DNA of 64,000 nt from Gemmatimonadota bacterium. GTDB taxonomy: Bacteria > Gemmatimonadota > Gemmatimonadetes > Gemmatimonadales > GWC2-71-9. The translations under genes were made by a program, and so were the position numbers. Within the stretch, counting starts at the first letter, position 1; every line of letters starts with the position of its first letter. The notes under the pieces are model-generated. The model saw only the letters and a list, made by a program, of their open reading frames with translations, ran no database searches and was not told the origin of the DNA. Below, one piece after another: positions 9,860-19,873 of the stretch. The DNA lies in contig JAZDCZ010000180.1 of NCBI GenBank assembly GCA_036679605.1, forward strand, positions 116,967 to 180,966. The letters run 5' to 3'.

Positions 9860-10538
9860 CGTCGATCGGCTCGATGCACTCGGGCAGGTCATTCGCCGGC
9901 TTGTTGACCAGAGTGCTCACCGGTTGCGCGATCATCTGATCAGGTGGGAACGGATGTAGCAACTCGCCTAGTTTCCCCTTGTCACGAGTGTTCGGATCCA
10001 GCCAAGCATCGTGCTGCGCAGCGTTTAATATTGCGGGCATGCGATCGTGGATCGGCCGTGTTACTTCGTTCGGTTGAGTCGTAATGATCGTACAAGAATT
10101 GATGACCTGTCCTTCTCCCTGCCACCGATCCCACAGTCCGGCAAACGCGAATGGTGATCCGTCACGCATCCGAATGTAGTAGGGCTGCTTGTGGCCACCC
10201 ACCCGCTGCCACTCGTAGAACCCGTTCGACAGGATGAGACAGCGACGTTCCCTCAAGGGATCCCTGAACGCCGGCTTACTCGCGACCGTTTCGGCTCGCG
10301 CGTTGATCGTGCGTGCACCGAAACCAGCTTCTCGCGCCCAGTGGGGAATGAGCCCCCACTTCAGCATGACCGGCTCACGTTGAGAATCTTCTCCCAGCCG
10401 AACTGCTGCCACCCGGTCCGTAGGGGCAATATTGTAACGGGGGCCTACGTCAAACACCCGCCGTACCTCCTCAAGCGGGAGGCGAAATATCCGCGCCAGT
10501 TCCTCGGGCGAAGCAAATAGTGTGTACCGACCACACAT
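9846..10538 (-). CDS. SOS response-associated peptidase (SRAP, YedK/HMCES family)
   Basis: N-terminal MCGRY, YNIAPT, WGLIP, INARAET, GFYEW, IHDRMP. Confidence 0.95.
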   Translation of the reverse strand: MCGRYTLFASPEELARIFRLPLEEVRRVFDVGPRYNIAPTDRVAAVRLGEDSQREPVMLKWGLIPHWAREAGFGARTINARAETVASKPAFRDPLRERRCLILSNGFYEWQRVGGHKQPYYIRMRDGSPFAFAGLWDRWQGEGQVINSCTIITTQPNEVTRPIHDRMPAILNAAQHDAWLDPNTRDKGKLGELLHPFPPDQMIAQPVSTLVNKPANDLPECIEPIDGVSG

Positions 10539-10641
10539 GTCAGACCTCGGGTCCTATATTAAACCTCGCAAAGTTCTAGCAACAATCTACTGGCACATTG
10601 TTGAATTCGTGCGGGTATCAGCAGACGGATCGCGAACATCT

Positions 10642-11823
10642 ATGAATCAACATTCCGACTTTCCGCAAAATAGACCGCTCCGCAGCCGCCTGCGGCTCAC
10701 GATATTTGCCACCGGAGTTGCTTGCTATTTTCTGTCGATCGTCGCGGCCTGGACTCCGGGTCTAACAGACGTGGCCTATGGCAGGTGGATGGGTCCCCTC
10801 GTTGCTCGATGGTTGTCGCTGCTGACCGGAGTCATTTCCATATCGCTGGCCGAGGTATTCGTGCTGGGTGTCATCCTGCGTCAGTTGGTGGGTGGCTCTG
10901 TCGCCGTGGTACAGGTCGGACGCCGGCAGCGCCACTGGACCAACGCTGCCTCCGCCGCGCTGCTGCGACTGGCCCAGGACGCCGGAGCCCTGCTGGCCCT
11001 CTTCTACGTGCTCTGGGGCTTCAACTACTCGCGGCCTTCCCTGCAGGACCGCCTGGGTTGGACCTTGGGTAGCGATGCACCCGTTGAAGAGCTGGTGGCG
11101 CTAACCAGCCAGCTGGTTGAGGCCAGCAACGCTGCCTATAGAGAAATCCACGGAGTCGCGGATGCCGGCACACCAACCACTCTACCGATGGACCGGCGGA
11201 CTCTCGGAGTGTCTCTCGAACAAGGCTGGGTGATCGGGCGAAGCGATCTGGGTCTTCCCCTCCTCTCGGGACACTATGGAACGGCTAAAACACCCCTGTT
11301 GACTCGATGGTACGAGTGGCTCGGTATTGCCGGTTTCTATTTTCCGTTTACGGGCGAAGCCAATCTCCGGGCCGGAATACCGGCGATCGACGTCCCCAAG
11401 ATGCTGGGGCACGAGCAGGCCCATCAAAGGGGGGCGGCACGCGAAGCCGAGGCCAATTTTTGGGGATACATCTCGAGTGCGAACGCTCCTGACCCATACG
11501 CTCGCTACTCGGCTTACGTTTTCGCACAGCTACAGCTGATGAGCGCGCTTCGCCAAGCCGACCCGAATCAATTTTCTCAAATCGTGTCGGCGATGCTTCC
11601 TGGCATAAGAAGAGACATCGAAGAATCGCGAAAGTATTGGGTCAGCTTCCGAGGTCGCGGGACCAAGATCGGTACGAAAGTGAATAACGCTTACCTTCGC
11701 AGCAATCGTGTCACAGGAGGTGTGCGGAATTACTCGATGAGTTTACTCCTTTTTATCGCCTACGCTCGCGCGCACGGTGGTAGATTGGTCCCCACGAACG
11801 CCGAGCTTTCCGACGGGTCCTAA
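10642..11823 (+). CDS. DUF3810 family membrane protein, putative zinc peptidase-like
   Basis: TM segments, WGFNYSR, GFYFPFTGEAN, HEQAHQRG..REAEANF. Confidence 0.85.
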   Translation: MNQHSDFPQNRPLRSRLRLTIFATGVACYFLSIVAAWTPGLTDVAYGRWMGPLVARWLSLLTGVISISLAEVFVLGVILRQLVGGSVAVVQVGRRQRHWTNAASAALLRLAQDAGALLALFYVLWGFNYSRPSLQDRLGWTLGSDAPVEELVALTSQLVEASNAAYREIHGVADAGTPTTLPMDRRTLGVSLEQGWVIGRSDLGLPLLSGHYGTAKTPLLTRWYEWLGIAGFYFPFTGEANLRAGIPAIDVPKMLGHEQAHQRGAAREAEANFWGYISSANAPDPYARYSAYVFAQLQLMSALRQADPNQFSQIVSAMLPGIRRDIEESRKYWVSFRGRGTKIGTKVNNAYLRSNRVTGGVRNYSMSLLLFIAYARAHGGRLVPTNAELSDGS

Positions 11824-11867
11824 AAGCCCTATTCTTCTGGCAGCTAAATTTCTTGGTAGGGACTGCG

Positions 11868-12272
11868 ATGACAGACTCTGACGTATCGCCCAAATCACGC
11901 GGCGTCGCACTGGCTCTCGCGACGCTAACAGGCACATTCGGAGGGCACCGGTTCTATGTGGGAAAGATCGGGACCGGTATTTGCCAACTGCTCACTATTG
12001 GGGGACTCGGCATCTGGTCTCTTTATGACTGGATTCTAGTGGTATCCGGTAGCTTTCGTGATGTCGATGGTAAGCGCATCGTAAACTGGGCCGAAGGGCC
12101 CATCGAGCCCCAGACTCAGCTATCGGGCGAGCGCATGGAGCTATTGCTCGACGAACTGGACTCCCTCCGCTCCGAAGTGGAGGATCTCTCAGAACGTGTC
12201 GACTTCACGGAACGCGTTCTTTCTCAGGTTCGAGATCGGGCGGTAATACCGCCGGCATCCACATCTCGCTAG
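11868..12272 (+). CDS. TM2/NINE domain protein with C-terminal coiled coil
   Basis: KSRGVALAL...GGHRFYVGKIGTG...GGLGIW..YD; C-terminal LSERVDFTERVL. Confidence 0.85.
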   Translation: MTDSDVSPKSRGVALALATLTGTFGGHRFYVGKIGTGICQLLTIGGLGIWSLYDWILVVSGSFRDVDGKRIVNWAEGPIEPQTQLSGERMELLLDELDSLRSEVEDLSERVDFTERVLSQVRDRAVIPPASTSR

Positions 12273-12343
12273 TTTCCTCGTCGCGCGACTTGAAACCAAT
12301 TTGCAAGCTGCTCACGCACGCTAATCAACCTATGAAGGATGTC

Positions 12344-13738
12344 ATGAAACGATTCACTCGCGTCCTGATCCCGAGCGCAGCACTGTGCGCTCTTTACGTT
12401 TCGACACCTGCAACGAGCCTGTTCGGCCAGTCGGAAATAGCCGATCGATACCGACAAGCAGCGAATCGAATCATCGATTCAGCCCTGCAGGACAGCTCGG
12501 CCTATGAACGATTGTCCGTACTGGTGGACCGATTTGGACCTCGCTTGAGCGGATCGGAGAGTCTGGAACGAGCGATCGATTGGATTCTGGCAGAGATGAG
12601 CAGCGACGGGCTACAAAACGTTCACAGTGAGAAGGTAATGGTGCCTCACTGGGTTCGTGGCAACGAATCAGCAGTGCTCATCGAGCCCAGGCACCGAGCA
12701 CTCCCGATGCTCGGACTGGGTGGGAGCGTCGCTACTCCGCCCGATGGCATCACCGCACAGGTGTTGGTAGTAGGGAGTTTCGACGAACTCGAGCGACGCG
12801 CGGACGAGGCAAAAGGCAAGATCGTACTTTTCAACGCACCCTTCACCGGATACGGCCAGACTGTTCGGTACCGCAGTAACGGTGCGACGGCGGCGGCCAA
12901 GGTAGGTGCCGTTGCCAGCCTGATTCGGTCCGTCACGCCCTATTCCATCCAGACACCACACACCGGTGCTATGCGGTACGCTGACGACGTTCGGAAAATT
13001 CCGCACGCGGCAATAACACCAGAAGACGCAGCGATGCTGCAGCGGATGCAGGACCGCGGAGAACGAATCGTAGTACAGCTAAGAATGCAGGCAAAGACGC
13101 TTCCCGATGCACCTTCGAGGAACGTGATCGCCGAGATTGTGGGATCTGAGATTCCGGATGAGATTGTGGTGCTTGGCGGACACATAGATTCCTGGGACGT
13201 CGGGCAAGGCGCGATGGACGATGGAGGCGGTGTGGTAGCAGCTTGGGAAGCAGTCCGTCTAATACAGAGGCTCGGGCTCAACCCCCGCCGTACGATCCGC
13301 GTCGTGGCATGGACGAACGAGGAAAACGGATCGCGGGGCGCGACGGCGTACCGTGACGCTCATGCCGAGGAGCTGGAAAACCACATTTTTGCGATGGAGT
13401 CGGACGGAGGTGTTTTCAAACCCACCGGCATGGGGTTCTCGGGAACTGACGAGGCGTTCGCCATGGCCCAGGAGATTGGGACTCTGTTGGCTCCTATTGA
13501 GGCCGGTGTGACGCGGGGTGGTGGCGGCGCAGACATTGGGCCCCTTCGGAGGGCCGGAGTGCCCGTCGCAGGCCTCCAGGTCGACGGATCACGTTACTTC
13601 TGGTTTCACCACACCAATGCCGACACGATCGACAAGCTCGACCCACGAGAAATGGCACTCAGTGTTGCGACCATGGCGGTCATGGCCTACGTCGTGGCCG
13701 ACATGCCTCGGCGACTTCCTTTCGGGACCGAACGGTAG
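12344..13738 (+). CDS. Exported M28 family peptidase (carboxypeptidase Q-like) with PA domain
   Basis: Signal peptide, GGHIDSWD, GAMDDGGG, WTNEENG, ESDGG, HHTNADT. Confidence 0.9.
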   Translation: MKRFTRVLIPSAALCALYVSTPATSLFGQSEIADRYRQAANRIIDSALQDSSAYERLSVLVDRFGPRLSGSESLERAIDWILAEMSSDGLQNVHSEKVMVPHWVRGNESAVLIEPRHRALPMLGLGGSVATPPDGITAQVLVVGSFDELERRADEAKGKIVLFNAPFTGYGQTVRYRSNGATAAAKVGAVASLIRSVTPYSIQTPHTGAMRYADDVRKIPHAAITPEDAAMLQRMQDRGERIVVQLRMQAKTLPDAPSRNVIAEIVGSEIPDEIVVLGGHIDSWDVGQGAMDDGGGVVAAWEAVRLIQRLGLNPRRTIRVVAWTNEENGSRGATAYRDAHAEELENHIFAMESDGGVFKPTGMGFSGTDEAFAMAQEIGTLLAPIEAGVTRGGGGADIGPLRRAGVPVAGLQVDGSRYFWFHHTNADTIDKLDPREMALSVATMAVMAYVVADMPRRLPFGTER

Positions 13739-13844
13739 GCCCACACCGACAGACTGAAGCGCACCAGGAACTAGGTAGGTCACTGGGTTGTTTTCTCCAG
13801 TGTACTGAATAGTTGTGCCTCGACCTATTTCGGAGGGCCCAAAG

Positions 13845-14309
13845 ATGCGAGCACCCGCTCTCAGAAGATTGCTGAACGCCGCCGCAGTGGTGTGCGGCTT
13901 GATGATAGCCGCCACAAACCTTGCCGCTCAAGATCCCCCACCAAAGGACAGCATTCAGGCTCGCCTGGACAGCATCGTCAAGGCTAGCAAGGCCAACAGA
14001 CGGGACAAGAGCACTCGATCGATCTTTGTTTCGGGATACAAAGACCGGGGAGTGGATGCGTTGCTACCGTTGGTGAGAGCACGCGGAATCCAAAACCCGC
14101 TGATTGTTGTCGACGGCATAGTGATCGACCCACCGCTACCTCAGTACCTCAACGAGTTCAACATTGAATGTGTCGAGTTGCGGCCCGGCCGCTCGGCAAC
14201 GCTGGAGTTCCAAAGGGGATCCCGCGACCGAGGCAAAGACGGTGTCTTCATCGTTTGGACACGCGGGGCCTCGGGCCATAGACCGAGAGGCTGCGCGGTT
14301 CCCTACTAG
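13845..14309 (+). CDS. Exported protein resembling a stand-alone TonB-dependent-receptor plug domain
   Basis: Signal peptide; NPLIVVDG...NIECVELRPG..AT......GVFIVWTR resembles the plug consensus; no beta-barrel follows. Confidence 0.55.
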   Translation: MRAPALRRLLNAAAVVCGLMIAATNLAAQDPPPKDSIQARLDSIVKASKANRRDKSTRSIFVSGYKDRGVDALLPLVRARGIQNPLIVVDGIVIDPPLPQYLNEFNIECVELRPGRSATLEFQRGSRDRGKDGVFIVWTRGASGHRPRGCAVPY

Positions 14310-14409
14310 CCTCTCCCGGGGTTCCTCCCTAGAATAGATGGGGAGATACACTGCCATCGCCGCGCCAGAACATTTGCTACTTGGTACTCACTCGCCCAAA
14401 AGGTAAGAA

Positions 14410-16149
14410 ATGCTGACACGATTAGCGCGAGCGGTATTGCCCATAACCGGGTTGCTGTTGGCGCCGAAATTCCAACCGTCACAGCTTCCCTATCAATCCC
14501 AGACCGTAGATGCGGCGCACTTTTCTGCGGGTAGCGCGGTTCGCACTGCCCACGGCATGGTGGTATCCGGCACCGAACTTAGCAGCAAGGCCGGGATTGA
14601 AATTTTGAAGGCGGGTGGCAACGCCGTGGACGCCGCGATCGCGACTGGTTTTGCCTTGGCTGTAACGCACCCGGTGGCCGGGAACATCGGCGGTGGCGGG
14701 TTTATGGTAATTCGATTCCCCGATGGCAGCGTCACAGCGTTCGATTTCCGCGAAAAAGCCCCGCTGAAATCGAATCCGCAGATGTTCCTCGATGAAAACG
14801 GCGAATACTCTTCAGGTCGACATCACAATAGCTACCTGGCAGTTGGCGTGCCGGGAACGGTCGCAGGTTTTGCCAAGGCGCATTCGACATACGGCAAATC
14901 GTCATGGGAGGACCTTTTGGAACCGGCCGTCCATCTGGCGGCAGATGGCTTCGCAGTCATGCCGGGCCTCGCTCGTTCGCTACGCTTCCAGCTGCCACGA
15001 TTTGGGCCGTATCCTGCGAGCATGCGGTCTTTTTCCAATAATGGAGAGCCGTACACCCCGGGGGAGACGTTGCGTCAGCCCGACCTCGCGCAAACGCTCG
15101 AACGCATTCAGCAGAACGGGAGAGACGGATTCTACAAGGGTGAGACAGCACACCTTCTGGCAGAGGAAATGCGCAAGGGCGGAGGGATTATCACGGAAGA
15201 GGACCTCTTACGATACGAGGCCAAGGAACGGACTCCAATAAAGGGGACATATCGGGGATACGAAATCATCAGTATGCCACCCCCCAGTAGCGGAGGGGTG
15301 GCCCTGGTGGAAATGCTAAACATTCTCGAGGGCTACGATCTACGAGCCATGGGTCATAACTCCCCCAGCTACATCCACCACCTGGCGGAATCCATGCGGA
15401 GAGCCTTCCGAGACCGCGCCCGGCTGCTAGGTGATGTTGACTTCGTGGACGTCCCAATAGATCGGCTGACTAGCAAGCAGTACGCCGACAAATTGAGAGT
15501 GGGCATAAGCGAATCGCAGGCCACTCCCTCCCATCCCTCGGACGTGGAGCTTCCATACGAGAGCCCTCAAACCGCTCACTATTCAGTTGTGGACGCTGAC
15601 GGCATGGCTGTCTCCGTCACATACACATTGGAGCAAGGGTACGGATCGAAGATTACGGTCACTGGAGCCGGATTCCTGCTCAACAACGAGATGGGAGACT
15701 TCAACGGCAAGCCGGGCCTGACCACCACCAGCAGCCTGATCGGAACGGATCCCAACCTTGCACGTCCGGAGCAGCGCATGCTTTCGAGCATGACGCCAAG
15801 CATCGTGGCACGTGACGGTAAACTCGTCGCAGTAACCGGAAGTCCTGGGGGCCGCACGATCATCAACAGTGTGTTGCAGGTGATATTGAACATAGTCGAC
15901 TTCAAGATGGACGTGCAGGACGCCGTCGACGCCTCGCGCATACACCACCAATGGCTGCCCGACCAGATACGAATAGAGAACCACGGGATTACCAACCACC
16001 AGTTGCAGCTTTTGGAACAAATGGGCCACTCAGTGCGAGTCGGGGGAACACAGGGTATCACACACAGCATCATGATCGACCCTGATACCGGCGAGCGACT
16101 AGGTGCAGCCGACCGACGTGATGCCGATGGAGCTGCCGTAGGATACTAG
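14410..16149 (+). CDS. ggt: Gamma-glutamyltransferase (near-canonical)
   Basis: GGNAVDAA, DFRE, VGVPGTVAG, PPPSSGG, nucleophile segment QTAHYS, NNEMGDF, LSSMTP, GSPGG. Confidence 0.93.
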   Translation: MLTRLARAVLPITGLLLAPKFQPSQLPYQSQTVDAAHFSAGSAVRTAHGMVVSGTELSSKAGIEILKAGGNAVDAAIATGFALAVTHPVAGNIGGGGFMVIRFPDGSVTAFDFREKAPLKSNPQMFLDENGEYSSGRHHNSYLAVGVPGTVAGFAKAHSTYGKSSWEDLLEPAVHLAADGFAVMPGLARSLRFQLPRFGPYPASMRSFSNNGEPYTPGETLRQPDLAQTLERIQQNGRDGFYKGETAHLLAEEMRKGGGIITEEDLLRYEAKERTPIKGTYRGYEIISMPPPSSGGVALVEMLNILEGYDLRAMGHNSPSYIHHLAESMRRAFRDRARLLGDVDFVDVPIDRLTSKQYADKLRVGISESQATPSHPSDVELPYESPQTAHYSVVDADGMAVSVTYTLEQGYGSKITVTGAGFLLNNEMGDFNGKPGLTTTSSLIGTDPNLARPEQRMLSSMTPSIVARDGKLVAVTGSPGGRTIINSVLQVILNIVDFKMDVQDAVDASRIHHQWLPDQIRIENHGITNHQLQLLEQMGHSVRVGGTQGITHSIMIDPDTGERLGAADRRDADGAAVGY

Positions 16150-16226
16150 GTCGATTGTAAGCTAGATCACGGCACCTCCGGCACCTCGAGAGCTAGTATT
16201 GGTTCCCCGTAAGCAGAGGAACTCTC

Positions 16227-16613
16227 ATGGCCAACACGCTCGGGTGGGCTCGCGTCAGCTCTCGAATCCAGAGGTCCGAACGGCTACGTCGAGGCGCATG
16301 GTACAGAGTGATCGATGACCGCGCGTCCACACAGAATGTGGTACTCGACCTGGACATGGACGGCGCACCGAGTCAACTGAAGGTTTCTAGAGCGCTACTG
16401 CGCATAAGGCAGCATCGCCCGGAACGACTAAGTGTGGTTGAGCTGTCGAGAGACATTCCCAATCCTGCGAGGGGGACGCCTAGCTACCTTGGTTCGGTTT
16501 ACGCGGTGTGCCCGAATACCGGATCTCGGTTGCGCCTTTGGGGACAGCCCAACCGCGTTGTGTGCTCGAGCTGTCGTGAGATACACTCGGTTGCGTGGGA
16601 CGACCGCTGTTGA
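16227..16613 (+). CDS. Hypothetical protein with C-terminal zinc-ribbon-like segment
   Basis: GAGGA RBS upstream; LRRGAWYRV; CPNT...CSSC..IH. Confidence 0.6.
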   Translation: MANTLGWARVSSRIQRSERLRRGAWYRVIDDRASTQNVVLDLDMDGAPSQLKVSRALLRIRQHRPERLSVVELSRDIPNPARGTPSYLGSVYAVCPNTGSRLRLWGQPNRVVCSSCREIHSVAWDDRC

Positions 16614-16615
16614 TA

Positions 16616-18844
16616 TCAGGTAACGATCGACCAATAGCCGCTACTGGCGCGCGCCCGTACGCTACCCACCACGACTCGCGCCAACATCTGGTGGAGTTCC
16701 TCTAGCTCATAGGGTTTGCGCAGAGCGGGCTGGCCGGCCGCTTCCAAGAACGAGCGAGCCTCCTGGCTCACGGTATCACCGGACAGGAATAGGAAACGTC
16801 GGGCAAGCTCCGGCCGCTCTGATGATACCGTCTGAAAAAGCTCCGAGCCGGACATGCCCGGCATGTTGAGATCGCTGATCACGATTTCGAATTCGGTTTC
16901 GCGCATGCGTTCCAATGCACTTGCACCGCCATCTGCCACTACCACGGTGTGACCCAACCGATTGAGAACCCGCTCCAGTGCACGCCTATTGGCAGCGTCG
17001 TCATCCACTATCAGAATCCGTCGAGACCCTATGTCCACCATTTGGTGGCCGGTTTCTGGTCCAGCGTCGACATCCGAGGATTCTATGGCGGGAAGTTCGA
17101 CAACGAACCGCGCCCCTCCCTCCTCTCGATTCTCCGCCCAGATCCTGCCCTCGTGCTCCGACACGATTCCTTGACTCACGGACAGTCCAAGACCAGTGCC
17201 TACTCCCTCGGGTTTGGTCGTGAAGAACGGTTCGAATAGACGCGGCAATACATCCAGCGGAATCCCTGGTCCCGTGTCCTCCACGACAATCATTACCCCA
17301 GCGTCAACCGCACCCCGCACACGCACGGTGAGGCTATGGCTATCGCCTCCAACGGCAATCATCGCATGGTGGGCATTGACGACCAAATTGAGAACCACCT
17401 GTTGGACTTGATGCCCATCGGCAAAGACGACCGGCAAATCCTGAGGACAGTCAACCTCGATTGCGATTCCCGACCTGTTCAGTTCGTAACGCCGCAGCTC
17501 AATGACGCGTTGGATGATGGGAGCTAGTTCAACGCGATTCCGCTCCGACTGCGTCTGCCGGGAAAAACCGAGAAGGTTGCGAACGATCCCTCCAGCGCGA
17601 CGCGCTTCGTCGGCAATCGTCTGTACCGCATCGGCATCCTCCTCGGAAAGCTTCTTTGTGTCTATGGTATGGGTGAACGTCGCGATCGCGGCCAGCGGAT
17701 TATTGAGTTCGTGGGCAACACTCGCCGCAAGGGTTCCTATTGTTGCGAGCTTGTCCTGTTGCTGCAGTTGCTCTTGAGCCGCTCTCGTCTCGGTGATATC
17801 TCTGAGAACAACGGCAGTTCCCTGGCTCGGAGGTGGCAGCGGCGTTCCGATCAGGACTATGGTCTTCAAGGTTCCGTCCGAATGGCCAACCTTGACCTCG
17901 ATCTCCGCCCCGACCTCGTCCGGCGGCCGGCCTAATATCGTATCCCGCTTTCCCAATGGCCTAGCACCCATGCCCCTTAGATGTGCTGCTACGGTTTCCC
18001 TGTCCTCATCGCAGAATAGAGACGTAATCGCAACATTTTGTAGTCCGCGGCGCTCTACGCCGAACATCTCGGCAGCTCGCCACGACATCCGCTGGATCCG
18101 AAGGTCGTGGTCCACTTCTGCAAATCCATAGGGCATAGCATCCAACACCAAAGCCAACTCAGTGCGCCGTCGAACAGCTCGTTCCGTAACCCTATCTAAT
18201 ACGGTCACAGCGGCCAAGGCCAATAGAAGCGCCACGACGGTGGCCCCTAGTAGGAACGGGAGACCAAACTCGCTCAATCGCGAAGCCGCGGCGGACAGCT
18301 CCGCAAAATTTGCTTGCTGCAGCTTCCCAAGCTCATCCAGCTGAGTAGTGATCAACTCAAACGTAGAATCTCCTGCCGCCAGGGTGTCGACGGCGCGCGC
18401 TCGAGCAGCCGCACCCGCAAGCACCACGGAGGGACGGGCAAATGTTTCCAGCCATCCGACTGCGAGTGCTGCCACCTTTAGCATTTCGCCGGCATAGCTC
18501 GAACCCTCCCGGCCCCATGTTGCAGCGTCCCGCTCGATCTCCTGCAATTGCCCGGCTAGCTCATCAAAGCGGCTGCGCAGCGCCGAATCTCCGGTGGCGG
18601 CATAGTTACGTGCCAAGCCATCCAGCTCATGCAATTGGTTGTGGATTGTGAGGGTCGAGTTCTGCTCGCGTAGGGTGCGTTCCACATTGTGCGGGACGGA
18701 CTGAAAACGGCGAATCGCCAGCCACCCGACGGATGAGCCGAGGACGAAAAGAACCAATACGATCGCGTGTGCCACCGGCCAGCGGAGAACGGCAGGGAGA
18801 TTCGCGTCGGCCACGCCACGGGCTAAACGCCGCTGTTTGGACAT
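16616..18844 (-). CDS. Hybrid sensor histidine kinase / response regulator (helical sensor, PAS, HisKA, HATPase, REC)
   Basis: Two TM segments, AHELNNPL H-box, NLVVNA, DTGPGI, FFTTK, GTGLGL, receiver IVDDD...SDLNMPG...KP. Confidence 0.93.
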   Translation of the reverse strand: MSKQRRLARGVADANLPAVLRWPVAHAIVLVLFVLGSSVGWLAIRRFQSVPHNVERTLREQNSTLTIHNQLHELDGLARNYAATGDSALRSRFDELAGQLQEIERDAATWGREGSSYAGEMLKVAALAVGWLETFARPSVVLAGAAARARAVDTLAAGDSTFELITTQLDELGKLQQANFAELSAAASRLSEFGLPFLLGATVVALLLALAAVTVLDRVTERAVRRRTELALVLDAMPYGFAEVDHDLRIQRMSWRAAEMFGVERRGLQNVAITSLFCDEDRETVAAHLRGMGARPLGKRDTILGRPPDEVGAEIEVKVGHSDGTLKTIVLIGTPLPPPSQGTAVVLRDITETRAAQEQLQQQDKLATIGTLAASVAHELNNPLAAIATFTHTIDTKKLSEEDADAVQTIADEARRAGGIVRNLLGFSRQTQSERNRVELAPIIQRVIELRRYELNRSGIAIEVDCPQDLPVVFADGHQVQQVVLNLVVNAHHAMIAVGGDSHSLTVRVRGAVDAGVMIVVEDTGPGIPLDVLPRLFEPFFTTKPEGVGTGLGLSVSQGIVSEHEGRIWAENREEGGARFVVELPAIESSDVDAGPETGHQMVDIGSRRILIVDDDAANRRALERVLNRLGHTVVVADGGASALERMRETEFEIVISDLNMPGMSGSELFQTVSSERPELARRFLFLSGDTVSQEARSFLEAAGQPALRKPYELEELHQMLARVVVGSVRARASSGYWSIVT

Positions 18845-18949
18845 GTCTAGAAGCTACAGACCGCTCTCTCCGGACACCAGAGACTAGAACCGACAGGAAT
18901 TCCGCGTATCTTTGGAGTAGGGTCTAAAAAACGGCGCGCTGGAGGTTGG

Positions 18950-19756
18950 ATGAAATCTCGCACTGTCACAACGCTGGTCATGCTTCTTCTCGGGGCGTCG
19001 CTGCTGTATGCTCACGATCTCTTCATCAAACTCGACAGTTACTTCGTGAGACCCTATACCTCGATACGAATCCCGGTGCTGAACGGCACGTTCAACCTGA
19101 GCAATAATTCTATCACGAGGGACAGGCTCCGAGACGTGACCCTGATGTCCGATGACGGGCGCGCTCTCGTCCCGATAGTCAGTTGGGATGCGGAAGGTGA
19201 TACGACCTATCTGACAATCGAGACGGAGAGGTCAGCCACGTACGTACTGGGCATCTCGACACAATCTACGGATTTCAGTTTGGAGGCCGAGGCATTCAAC
19301 GAGTACCTGGAGCACGACGGAATCCCCGATGTGCTGGAGGCTCGCAGACGCAACGGAGAACTCGACAAGGCCGTGCGCGAGCGATATTCCAAGCACGTCA
19401 AGGCCGTGCTACAGGTAGGGAATAGACGGACCTCCGGTTACAGTATCGAGCTGGGATATCCCGCCGAGATAGCTCCTGTGGACAGTCCCTATCTAGCTCA
19501 AGTGGGCTCTAGACTGCGATTCCGTTGTCTCGTTGACGGAAGTCCTGTGGTCAATCAGTTCGTGATAGCTGGAGGAGAGCACGATGCAGAGCTCTTCGAA
19601 TGGCGCGGCGCTAGAACCAACTCAGATGGGGTGGTTTCGTTCGTTGTTGATTCACCGGGAAAGTGGTACGTCAAGTTCATCAACATGGTGCCGTCTGCAG
19701 ACCCGGCGATAGACTACGAGTCCAAGTGGGCCACTCTGACGTTCGAGATCCGCTAG
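18950..19756 (+). CDS. DUF4198 family exported protein
   Basis: Signal peptide followed by AHDLF; FNEYLEHDG, RERYSKHVK, DYESKWATLTF. Confidence 0.8.
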   Translation: MKSRTVTTLVMLLLGASLLYAHDLFIKLDSYFVRPYTSIRIPVLNGTFNLSNNSITRDRLRDVTLMSDDGRALVPIVSWDAEGDTTYLTIETERSATYVLGISTQSTDFSLEAEAFNEYLEHDGIPDVLEARRRNGELDKAVRERYSKHVKAVLQVGNRRTSGYSIELGYPAEIAPVDSPYLAQVGSRLRFRCLVDGSPVVNQFVIAGGEHDAELFEWRGARTNSDGVVSFVVDSPGKWYVKFINMVPSADPAIDYESKWATLTFEIR

Positions 19757-19873
19757 GTAACCTCCATTCGCAACCACGCAGCTACATTAGTACAGGCTCG
19801 GCGTTGAAACCCCACTAGCTAGAGGCGTGTGACGCGGATAGTTTCTACACTGCTTCTAACCGGAGACTTGTGG

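Noticed and set aside
19757..19873. FNR/CRP-type site upstream of the NorC-like gene
   Set aside because: Only a TGTGA half-site; no TTGAT-N4-ATCAA or TGTGA-N6-TCACA match.
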